NCBI GenBank assembly: GCA_043811375.1
Contig: JBDRNJ010000086.1
Span: 1-27,254 of the forward strand
Length of the DNA stretch: 27,254 nucleotides
Direction: 5' to 3'
Source: a bacterium
Lineage (GTDB): Bacteria > Zixibacteria > MSB-5A5 > GN15 > FEB-12
Below the pieces are notes generated by a model that had not been told where the DNA came from, searched no databases, and worked only from the letters and a program-made list of their open reading frames with translations. A program made the translations under genes and the position numbers. Shown piece after piece: positions 9,494 to 17,525 of this stretch (within the stretch, counting starts at the first letter, position 1; every line of letters begins with the position of its first letter).

Positions 9494-12049
9494 CTACTCG
9501 TTGGGGATCAGCAGGAAGTTGAGATTGCTGATGGCGGTGCCTCCACGCTGGGGTTGTACCTCAAGCTTGATCTGGGTCGGGTCTGACCGGGAATCGAGGA
9601 ACTCAAGATGCTGCGGATCGACATAGATCCGGTATTGGCCCGGTACCAACCCCAGATAAAAATATTCTCCGGAACTGAAAGTGGATACCTCGGTGACGGC
9701 GTCGGTGGCGTCGTTGATGATCATGATCTTGACCATACCGACACCGGCCAGTCCCTGTTCGGTTTGTTTGCGCACCATGCCGCTGACTTCGGTTACCACC
9801 ACCACCGCTACATCGATAGCCGTCACCATGTTGGGATTGCAGAAGACTTCGTAATTGTCAAAGGCCGGTTTGAGGGTGGGGTCATCCAGACCAAACTCGT
9901 CAACCTCCACCAGGTAGCGGTCATAGGCCCGCAGGCCATCGTAGTAGAAGCGCTCACCACGGGTGGTGGGTCGGGCACGACCGCCCTTGATGGTAGCCCT
10001 GATACCGGTCAGGTAAATCTCTCCCTCATCGACCAGGCCGTTGTAATTGTCGTCCGCGTACGGTCGCACAATCGCCGACCCGTAGCCGATGCCGTTGCGG
10101 CGGTCAAACCAGATTCGGTGTGCCTGTTGATCGTAGCGCACCGAGCCGCGCTGGGTTTGGGCCATGGAGGTATGTTCGCCAACGGAGACAACCCGGGTAG
10201 AAAAATCAGCAAAACCGGTCAGCAGGCGGAAAGATGCCGTAATCTGGTAGTTCCCGGCTATTTCATTGCGGTCGACACCGACACTAAGCTGGCCGACGCG
10301 AAAGAGTCGTCGGTTCCATTGGATGCCGTACCGGGAAAATTGATTGAGCGTGTGGTCATAAGTAGCGCGAAGCTGCGGTCGGAGGAACCTCAGAATATTC
10401 GGCATCACGAAAATTTCGCTGGTGATTTTGCTGTGGCTTCCGGCTGTGCTTTTTTTGATTACCGTTCTGCCCAGGTAAGTAATATGCAGCAACGGCAGCG
10501 ACGAGCTGGTGCCGTAGTTGAAGTTGATGGAACTAAAATCCCGGAACTTGTTAACCGAGGAACTGAAGCGTAAGCTATAGTAACGTCCACCGATAGGCAA
10601 CGGTGAGGATACTGCCAGGCGAGCCGAGTAAACCTGATGGGCTCGGTTACGGAATTCGTTTTCAAAGTAGCGCGTGAAGGAACCGTTGATACTTATCAAC
10701 GAGGGGCGATTAAAGGAGAAGGCTCCGGCGGCAGCGTAGCGAGGTGACAGAGAGGCGTTGGCCGTCAGATCGCCGGTCGCCTGCCAGGTGGCTTCGGCGG
10801 CAACGGTGGGCGGTTCCTTGTCCTGGGAGCCGAAAGGAAAATCGGTGCCGGCACCGAGAGTCAGTCGATTGCTGACACCGTAAAAACCATTGGCCTGACC
10901 GTAGACACGGTTTTCCTCGAAACCATTGTCGGCCACCCCGGCCGATACTGTGTACTCAAAAGTCTTCTCGGGAATCTGATTATAGGAGACACCGGCATAA
11001 CGGCGCTCGGTCCTTATTTCACCGTTGGGACCGTACAACTTGAGAATGATCTCGGTCGTGCCGTAATAGATGTCGACCTCGAAATGGTAATTTCCACTGA
11101 CGTCGGTTAACTGATAATCAACCAGGCGACTGCCGATCCACAGCTCAACCTCCCACCCATCGCCGACGTAGCCGTTGACATCGATTGTCTGGAAAATCCG
11201 GCGCGGTACCTGGGGCTGGTTGGTAACCGAGGCGCCTTTTAGACGCCGGGAGAGAAAACCGCCGGTAGTTACCTGGCCCAGGTTGATCTGGGTCAGATGG
11301 CGACTGTTGTCAAAGTAGTAGTGCCAACGGTAGGTCATGGCCCCCGGATCAAAGCCGGTTACGGAATTGCCGCCGCCGGAAACGCTCAGGTCGCCGGCCA
11401 GCACCATGGCGCCGAGGCCGAGGCCAAAGTGGTGGCCGCCGTCACCAAAAGGACTGCTGGACACCGCCCAGTCAACCACGCCAACGCCGAAATACGGTTC
11501 CTGACGCGGCAGGCTGCGAACGTTTCTGAGTGCCGTCTCCCGGGTCCGGAGTTTCTTTTGTGCCTGCTGACGTTTGAGCTTTTGATACGACGGCAGGCTT
11601 TCGTCAAGCTTTAGCCGAACTGTCAGTGATGAGAAATGGAATTTCGCCTGCAGGCCGAACAGTTCCTCAAAAAGGTCGACCTTGAGATACAACTCACCGG
11701 CAGAGACTGTGAAATTGGAGTCGGCCAGAGGGTGCCGGTCACCATCGATAGTAACCGTTCTGTCCATCAGGTTGATTTCGTAAGGACGGTCATTACTAAT
11801 GAAGAACCCGTAGAAGCGTCCGGCGGATGCGTCGGATGCGATGTTTATGTCCAGCAGGCGGAATATCTCGGTAACGGGAAGGAATACGTTCTGGTTGTCG
11901 TAAAGAACGTACAGGTCCTTCTGCAGCAGCCGGGGAATGTCAAAGCCAATGACGATCTCCTCAAAACCGGACTCCTCTGCGGCAACCGGTGCGATCACAC
12001 CGATAGCCAGAGTAGCGGATACGATCAGGATTGTGGTCAGTCGGACCAT
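9494..12049 (-). CDS. Fimbrial usher-like outer-membrane protein with C-terminal SdrD-B-like/prealbumin-fold domains
   Basis: Signal peptide, 851 aa, amphipathic beta-strands. Usher-like LGQVTTGGFLSRRLKGASVTN. Plug-like segment GWEVELWIGSRLVDYQ...GNYHFEVDIYYGTTEIILKLYGPNGE. C-terminal DDNYNGLVDEGE and GEYFYLGLVPGQYRI. Lies next to a chaperone and five pilins. Confidence 0.82.
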   Translation of the reverse strand: MVRLTTILIVSATLAIGVIAPVAAEESGFEEIVIGFDIPRLLQKDLYVLYDNQNVFLPVTEIFRLLDINIASDASAGRFYGFFISNDRPYEINLMDRTVTIDGDRHPLADSNFTVSAGELYLKVDLFEELFGLQAKFHFSSLTVRLKLDESLPSYQKLKRQQAQKKLRTRETALRNVRSLPRQEPYFGVGVVDWAVSSSPFGDGGHHFGLGLGAMVLAGDLSVSGGGNSVTGFDPGAMTYRWHYYFDNSRHLTQINLGQVTTGGFLSRRLKGASVTNQPQVPRRIFQTIDVNGYVGDGWEVELWIGSRLVDYQLTDVSGNYHFEVDIYYGTTEIILKLYGPNGEIRTERRYAGVSYNQIPEKTFEYTVSAGVADNGFEENRVYGQANGFYGVSNRLTLGAGTDFPFGSQDKEPPTVAAEATWQATGDLTANASLSPRYAAAGAFSFNRPSLISINGSFTRYFENEFRNRAHQVYSARLAVSSPLPIGGRYYSLRFSSSVNKFRDFSSINFNYGTSSSLPLLHITYLGRTVIKKSTAGSHSKITSEIFVMPNILRFLRPQLRATYDHTLNQFSRYGIQWNRRLFRVGQLSVGVDRNEIAGNYQITASFRLLTGFADFSTRVVSVGEHTSMAQTQRGSVRYDQQAHRIWFDRRNGIGYGSAIVRPYADDNYNGLVDEGEIYLTGIRATIKGGRARPTTRGERFYYDGLRAYDRYLVEVDEFGLDDPTLKPAFDNYEVFCNPNMVTAIDVAVVVVTEVSGMVRKQTEQGLAGVGMVKIMIINDATDAVTEVSTFSSGEYFYLGLVPGQYRIYVDPQHLEFLDSRSDPTQIKLEVQPQRGGTAISNLNFLLIPNE

Positions 12050-12098
12050 GAAAAAAGCTCCGTAATTTATTACCGGACAGATCGAATCCGGCAGCGGT

Positions 12099-12974
12099 CT
12101 ATTCTACTGCCGCGACCAGTTCGATGGTATTACCGGGAATCATATCCTGCGGTTGAACATCGTTGCGCCCCTCGTTGGATATTCGTATCTGGACCTTGAA
12201 CGGCGGATGATATTTAGATTCACGGATGGGCAGATCAATACGCCTCAGCAGGTCGCGGTAAACTGCCATTTTAAGCAGATTACGAGAAACCTGACGATGA
12301 TCCCGGTCGAGAAGAGTGCATTCCAGCATACCCATATATGAGACGTTACCCAGGTTGGTCATATCGATCATCACTTCGACCAGGGAGTCGTGCAGTCTGG
12401 CCGTGGCGCTGTTGAGCTCCAGATTGCAGACCAGGTCACCCTGACGGTGCTTGAACATGATTGCCTGGCGTGAGACCATGTGCAACTGGGTGCCGATAGT
12501 GCCTTCCTCATCCAGCATTTTCACCGGTGGTGGGGCGGCCTTCTTGGAACTGATCATTACCCGGGCCCAGTATTCACCGTCCGGCAGTCCCTGAGGCGGG
12601 TGGGCCATTATCCTGATTGTCTGGCTTTCGTCCGGTTGGACAATGACGGCCCGTGGAAAAGCCTTGACCCAGCCCAGCGCCGAACGCGGATCGGTTACGG
12701 CGGAGTCTTGAAACCTGACGAACACATTGCCCAGGCTGTCGGAAGCCGGCAGGCCGAAGCTGAAATCGATAGTGACTTCCTGATCCTCGTTACCCTGGTT
12801 GACTACGGTTAAGCGGCCGGTTGGCTTCTTGTCGGATGTAAACACGATGGTTGGTGATACCAGTACACCGGCGATCGAATTGACTGCCAGCAGAAGCACC
12901 AAAACGACCGGCCACAGCAGTCTTGGTAAAACCTGGTGAGCCGGGGGTGTAATATGCCTGTCGGGTCCGTTCAT
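12099..12974 (-). CDS. Periplasmic pilus assembly chaperone (PapD-like/archaic type)
   Basis: Signal peptide then GVLVSPTIVF...LTVVNQG; WVKAFPRAVIVQPDESQTIRI; LPDGEYWARV; second Ig-like domain with MTNLGN. Confidence 0.82.
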   Translation of the reverse strand: MNGPDRHITPPAHQVLPRLLWPVVLVLLLAVNSIAGVLVSPTIVFTSDKKPTGRLTVVNQGNEDQEVTIDFSFGLPASDSLGNVFVRFQDSAVTDPRSALGWVKAFPRAVIVQPDESQTIRIMAHPPQGLPDGEYWARVMISSKKAAPPPVKMLDEEGTIGTQLHMVSRQAIMFKHRQGDLVCNLELNSATARLHDSLVEVMIDMTNLGNVSYMGMLECTLLDRDHRQVSRNLLKMAVYRDLLRRIDLPIRESKYHPPFKVQIRISNEGRNDVQPQDMIPGNTIELVAAVE

Positions 12975-13063
12975 GTCGTTATTCCTATCTCAAATCAACT
13001 TATGTTTCATCTTTTAGACCGAAGTGGCAGTCGCAGCCTTCAGCCGATCCGCCTATATTCCTG

Positions 13064-13687
13064 TCAGGTACCGTTGTAAGATACGCTGAGCACTATGTCG
13101 GCATTGTAAGTGCCCGATTTCTGACTCACCGATGGTGTCACTTTGCCACCCAGATAAATCCTGGTGGTGCCGCTGCTGCCAATCACCGCAGCCGATGGAA
13201 GGTTGTATGGGTTCTGGTCGATCCAGCCGTTGGATGCGGCTACGGTCGATGGTGTCACCGTGGTGGTATCAACTGCCGCATCGCCGGCGCCGAAAATGAT
13301 CGGTATCCGATCGGAACCGTCACTCAAGGCCAGATAGGACGGCAGCGACAACTGTAAGGTAATCCCCGAACCGGATTGACCGGTGATACTGAATATGGCG
13401 GAGGAATCATCATCATTGTACCCGATTTCTCTGGGCACCCCCGCAAAGACGTTGCCGAAACTCAGGTCCTGGGTGGCGTTAACTGCCAGCGCGGTCAGGA
13501 CCGTGGCGGTAGCCGACCGGTCATCATAGTCCGATGATTGCACCAGCGACCGGTTGACCGGCAAGTTCAACAGCAGAACCACCAACGCTGTCGTCGGCAG
13601 CACTCTGCGGCCAGCCGTCCGAGCTGCCGTTTGTCGGCGGATGTCAGACTGTGGTTTCATCTGTTGGTAATTGTTCGTAAGAATCAT
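13064..13687 (-). CDS. Pilin subunit P5 (DUF4402/Csu-like); start may instead be ATG at 13660
   Basis: ATATVLTALAVNATQDLSFGNV; LPSYL; YLGGKVTP; C-terminal GTYNADIVLSVSYNGT. Paralog of the four neighbouring genes. Confidence 0.8.
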   Translation of the reverse strand: MILTNNYQQMKPQSDIRRQTAARTAGRRVLPTTALVVLLLNLPVNRSLVQSSDYDDRSATATVLTALAVNATQDLSFGNVFAGVPREIGYNDDDSSAIFSITGQSGSGITLQLSLPSYLALSDGSDRIPIIFGAGDAAVDTTTVTPSTVAASNGWIDQNPYNLPSAAVIGSSGTTRIYLGGKVTPSVSQKSGTYNADIVLSVSYNGT

Positions 13688-13707
13688 CTTTACGCAACAA
13701 GTTTTTT

Positions 13708-14271
13708 CTATATGCCGTTGTAGGCAACTGTCAGCACAATGTCGGCGCTGTAGTTACCCGCCTTCTGGTTTGCCGACGGCACCACTTTGCCGCCGAGGTA
13801 AACATCGGTTCCACTGCTGCCGATTATGGCCGCCGCCGGCAGGTTGCGGGGATCAACTCCCAGCCAGCCGCTGATCCCGGCATCGGTGGGATCATGAGCC
13901 GCGGTAGTATCGACCGAGGCTAACGTGCTGCCGAAAATTACCGGCATACGATCACTGTTGTCGCTGAGAGACATATACTCTGGCAAAAACAGCACCAGTT
14001 CAATACCAGCCTGGCTCTGACCGGTTATCTGAAAGACCGCCGCGTCGCTGCCGATAACCACCACGGTGGTCGGCACTCCCTGAAGGACATCGCCAAAATT
14101 CAGATCAGCCGACGATGTGACTGAAAGAGCGGTTTGTACTATGGCCTCAGCACCGCCCACCGCTACGTCCTGGGCGGTCGGTCCCGCGGGCAGGAGCATA
14201 GCACTTATGGCGGCGAGGCCGGCCACCCGTCTCACCAGGCGACACACTTCCAATGTAAGGCACCAGTTCAT
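13708..14271 (-). CDS. Pilin subunit P4 (DUF4402/Csu-like); start uncertain
   Basis: AEAIVQTALSVTSSADLNFGDV; LPEYM; YLGGKVVP; C-terminal GNYSADIVLTVAYNGI. Confidence 0.8.
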   Translation of the reverse strand: MNWCLTLEVCRLVRRVAGLAAISAMLLPAGPTAQDVAVGGAEAIVQTALSVTSSADLNFGDVLQGVPTTVVVIGSDAAVFQITGQSQAGIELVLFLPEYMSLSDNSDRMPVIFGSTLASVDTTAAHDPTDAGISGWLGVDPRNLPAAAIIGSSGTDVYLGGKVVPSANQKAGNYSADIVLTVAYNGI

Positions 14272-14281
14272 TTCGAAACAC

Positions 14282-14343
14282 TGCTCAATAATCGCACACA
14301 GTTCGTCAGTTTATTTATCGGCAATCTGTTCAATTTTATTACA
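14282..14343. promoter_or_regulatory. Two 17-bp TG[TC]-N11-ACA operator-like sites upstream of P4
   Basis: TGCTCAATAATCGCACA (14282-14298) matches the reverse complement of the 15410-15426 site at 15/17. TGTTCAATTTTATTACA at 14327-14343. Confidence 0.5.
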
Positions 14344-14614
14344 TCTCAAATTAAAGCCGGAAACAGACAAAGCGAAAGTTTTACAGTTATCAACGGGAGA
14401 GATCTCCAGGTTATAGCATTGATTCCGTCGGTAGGGGTTTTTGAAAAAGTCAAATTATCGTCATTGCCGGCGACAGCGCGGCAATCTCGTTGTGTGCGCG
14501 CGTATGTCCACATGCGCCGCTATCTACCGGCAGATGTGGATATCTGCCGGTCACAGGGAATTCATCAAACTTTGAGTCGGCGTAACCTGGTCGTGACGTC
14601 CAGCGACGATGGTG

Positions 14615-14651
14615 AAAAAAAACAGGGGAGCCGCCGGTGCGGTTCCCCTGT
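14615..14651 (-). terminator. Rho-independent terminator after pilin P3
   Basis: Minus strand ACAGGGGAACCGC-ACCG-GCGGCTCCCCTGT followed by a T run, 35 bp after the P3 stop codon. Confidence 0.8.
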
Positions 14652-14685
14652 AAATTCAATCGGGTGCTATCAATCGAAATGTCTC

Positions 14686-15264
14686 TTAGGCACCCTCGAA
14701 CCAGACAGTCAAAATGATTGTTGCGGTGTAGTCGGCGGCCGAAAGCTGGGTTGAGCTGGGAATGACAGTGCCGCCCAGGCCGATGTTACCGGTGGCCTCA
14801 GTCAGGGTCAGTGAACCGATTGCGTACGGATTCTTGGCCGTATAGGTGCCTAAGGAGAAGTCAGTATTAGTGACACCGGTGGGACAGTATGACGCGTCCG
14901 TATCTTGGAAGAAGACATCAATACGCTGTTTGACCGTGGTTGACCAGAGGTATTCCGGAAGTAGTAAGGCCACCTGGATGTTGTCGCCGGCGGAGCCAGC
15001 TACCGCCCACAGGCCCGATCCCCCGGCGCCGGCGCCGAGATCATCGGTAGCACTATCAATGGCCTTGGCGACGCCCATGTAGACGTTACCCCAGTCGAGG
15101 TCCTGTGTCTCAGTAATTGCCAGAGCCGTCAACACGGTTGCCGTGCAGGTGCTTTGAAAGGTGTCGTTGGCATCCAGGGAACTGCCAAACATTAGAATCA
15201 GGCCCACCGCGAACACCGCAAGCAACGAAGCCCAATGACTGCCCTTTTTGCTGATGATCTGCAT
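14686..15264 (-). CDS. Pilin subunit P3, candidate major shaft pilin (192 aa)
   Basis: ATG at 15264 with GAGGA RBS (track start 15327 is longer). Signal peptide; STCTATVLTALAITETQDLDWGNV; LPEYL; GLGGTVIP; DYTATIILTVWFEGA. Confidence 0.82.
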   Translation of the reverse strand: MQIISKKGSHWASLLAVFAVGLILMFGSSLDANDTFQSTCTATVLTALAITETQDLDWGNVYMGVAKAIDSATDDLGAGAGGSGLWAVAGSAGDNIQVALLLPEYLWSTTVKQRIDVFFQDTDASYCPTGVTNTDFSLGTYTAKNPYAIGSLTLTEATGNIGLGGTVIPSSTQLSAADYTATIILTVWFEGA

Positions 15265-15409
15265 ATTATCCTCTGTGACGTACGAAAGGTTGTTCAATAA
15301 TTTCAGTTCTGCTTTCAAAACAGACACTCGTGGTCTTTAGAACATAATCGCCATTTTAGCCCAAAAACTCACACCTGCTGGTTAAGAAAGTGGCAGGCGT
15401 TTTTGGAGA

Positions 15410-15426
15410 TGTTCGATTATTGAACA
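15410..15426. promoter_or_regulatory. Near-perfect 17-bp palindromic operator-like site upstream of P3
   Basis: TGTTCGATTATTGAACA, plus a matching half-site TGTTCAATAAT at 15291-15301. Confidence 0.55.
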
Positions 15427-15445
15427 ACGGCCGAAGGGACCGCTA

Positions 15446-15919
15446 TCAGTTGCCGGTGTAGGTTACTGTCAGGCGAATTGTGGCTGAGTAGCTGCCGGCT
15501 TTCTGTACCAGGCCGGGTACAATAGTCCCGCCCAGCCAGACTGTCAGGAGGCTGTCGGAACCGATCCGGTAAGTTATGGGACCATTTGGATTTAATCCAC
15601 TGGTGCTGGGGCTGCCCTGATCGGGAGGATCAGTAGAATCAACAGCACAACTGGTGCTGGAGAAAAAAAGTGGCATATTGGCGCCTGTCATGTAAAGATA
15701 TCCGGGGAGCATAAAATCAAGAGTTACCTCGGCTTCACCATCGCCGGAAATCGACCATTCGGCGGCATCAGTTGAACTGCTGGCAATCTCGCCGGGAACA
15801 CCGGGATAGATATTGCCAAAGACCAGATCCTGAGTTCCGCTAACAGTCTGACCGTACAGCCAATTGCCCGACCACAAGCAGGCCGGACCGAGCCACATGA
15901 GTATTGCCAGTCGTCTCAT
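15446..15919 (-). CDS. Pilin subunit P2 lacking the N-terminal extension (157 aa)
   Basis: ATG at 15919 behind AGGAGG. MRRLAILMWLG...LYG then QTVSGTQDLVFGNI; LPGYL; WLGGTIVP; GSYSATIRLTVTYTGN. Confidence 0.8.
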   Translation of the reverse strand: MRRLAILMWLGPACLWSGNWLYGQTVSGTQDLVFGNIYPGVPGEIASSSTDAAEWSISGDGEAEVTLDFMLPGYLYMTGANMPLFFSSTSCAVDSTDPPDQGSPSTSGLNPNGPITYRIGSDSLLTVWLGGTIVPGLVQKAGSYSATIRLTVTYTGN

Positions 15920-16017
15920 TATTGACCATGCCTCCTGTGCCGCCATGACTAAACAAAGTGGCCGGGCAGGTCAACAAATATCTGCGGTGAAGCCCCTGAG
16001 GCCGTCGTGTCACCAGA

Positions 16018-16545
16018 TCAACCTCCGGTGAGCGTCACGGTCAATTGTATACTGGCGGTGTATTCCCCGGCACCTTGGCTCATGATGGGACTGACCGAGC
16101 CTCCCAGCCAAACCGTCATAGAACCGGTACTGTTCAGGTTAACGGTAGAAACCGAATAAGGGTTCATAGAGACCGACGGGTTTGTCTGCGTGGCCAGGGC
16201 GCTGTTGGCATATGAGGCATCAGAACTGGAGAAGGTGATCGGCAGACTACTGGTGCCTGAACTGAGTGAGTCGGGCAAAGTAAAGTCCAACGTGACCTCC
16301 GCCCCGAAGCCGCCTGCGACTACAGTCCACTCACCGGCGGATCCGACCGCAATTTTCTCAACTGATTTATCAACGCCTGGAGTGACTATCCCAAAGTCCA
16401 GATCATTACTGCCTATCACCGTCATGGAAGCTACCACAGTGGCGCGAGCCTGAATTGTGCTGCTGACCTGGGCATCCATCTTCCGGGCAGGCAGCAAAAT
16501 CAACAGGGCGACAATCGACCACCGCAGCAGTAAAATTCTGTCCAC
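16018..16545 (-). CDS. Pilin subunit P1 (DUF4402/Csu-like)
   Basis: GTG start behind AAGGAGG. Signal peptide; QVSSTIQARATVVASMTVIGSNDLDFG; WLGGSVSP; GEYTASIQLTVTLTGG. Confidence 0.83.
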   Translation of the reverse strand: MDRILLLRWSIVALLILLPARKMDAQVSSTIQARATVVASMTVIGSNDLDFGIVTPGVDKSVEKIAVGSAGEWTVVAGGFGAEVTLDFTLPDSLSSGTSSLPITFSSSDASYANSALATQTNPSVSMNPYSVSTVNLNSTGSMTVWLGGSVSPIMSQGAGEYTASIQLTVTLTGG

Positions 16546-16593
16546 GGTTTCCTCCTTGGTTAAACCCTGAGGTTTTGTTCCGTCTGCAGTAAG

Positions 16594-16609
16594 TGCAAGG
16601 GGGGTGCCC
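16594..16609 (-). promoter_or_regulatory. Putative sigma54 (-24/-12) promoter of the pilus cluster
   Basis: Minus strand GGGCACCCCCCTTGCA: GG-N10-GC with GGCAC and TTGCA, one mismatch to TGGCAC-N5-TTGCW, about 50 bp upstream of the P1 start. Confidence 0.62.
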
Positions 16610-16786
16610 CAGCGATAAAAGTAGTATAAGTGGTTGTAAGCGTGACTGATAGAAAGAAGCTAAAAAGCCGCCGGAAGCATCCGCAGGCAAACGAGTGGGG
16701 GGATAATCCCATACACAATGGACAGTCTGAAGAACGGGTTGGCAGCTTTTTTAAGGATCGAGCTGATCCGTTTAGTGCAAATTCTT

Positions 16787-16852
16787 GCGCCGTCACGAAT
16801 CCTTTCGTGACGGTTACATTTGGTGCGATCAGGAAAGGATTCCTGACCGCGC
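16787..16852. repeat. Inverted pair of 18-bp palindromes (REP-doublet-like or tandem activator sites)
   Basis: tcacgaatcctttcgtga (16793-16810) and tcaggaaaggattcctga (16829-16846). Each is self-complementary; they are inverted copies of each other with a compensatory C-G/G-C swap. Confidence 0.7.
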
Positions 16853-17104
16853 GTAATTTGATTCTAACGGTGCTTTGAGACGGCGGGGTCTTTCAGGTAT
16901 CTATCGGGGGTCGTTTATGTTGCCGGACCGGGTTATAGAAACGGCAGGACGCCATTATCCGGCATGATCAAACGGGGGAATCATATAGGGATCCAGCCGA
17001 TTCGTTTAGATGGGTGGCTGTGATGCCAATGCTGTCCTGATCGTTTTCCCCAAGTGCACCCGGCAACAGGGTAAGAATTGGAGTGCCGGGAACCCGGCTC
17101 CAGC

Positions 17105-17260
17105 TCAGTGTTGTTTCCTCCGACGCCCGAACACGAAATCAACACCCAGAGCTATCAGGGCTACCGGTAACAGATAATCCCAGAACGAGCCGTGAATGAT
17201 GCCGGTCTTGTCCAAAATCATCAGCACGCCGATAGCCATTAGCACTATTCCAATGAACAT
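17105..17260 (-). CDS. Small two-TM membrane protein (LiaI/LiaF-TM, DUF5668-like), 51 aa
   Basis: Hand-translated, not in the ORF track. AGGAG RBS; MFIGIVLMAIGVLMILDKTGIIHGSFWDYLLPVALIALGVDFVFGRRRKQH. Confidence 0.8.
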   Translation of the reverse strand: MFIGIVLMAIGVLMILDKTGIIHGSFWDYLLPVALIALGVDFVFGRRRKQH

Positions 17261-17525
17261 AACGGTATTCTCCTATTGCGAGTCGGCCGCCGTTAATATG
17301 CCAGGTCTGACACTGATCCGAAAGAGATTATTCCACCCTCCGCTACTCGCCACCCGTGTTTCCAGGCGCTGCTGGAGAAATACAGCCAAGCGTGATTGTG
17401 ATTTGACACTTTTGAAGACAGAGTTGTGGGAGTTCATGCGGGGGAACCTGGAACACATATCGAGTTCTGATACTTCAACTCCAAGTTATCGTGGAAAAGC
17501 CGCAAGGCGTAGAACAGACGATATC

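Noticed and set aside
9608..10573. 321-aa plus-strand ORF
   Set aside because: Antisense shadow of the usher gene.
15338..15353. sigma54-like TGGCGATTATGTTCT upstream of P3
   Set aside because: Lacks the -12 GC.
16776..16792. Second sigma54-like element GGCGCAAGAATTTGCA
   Set aside because: GG-to-GC spacing is 11, not the required 10.
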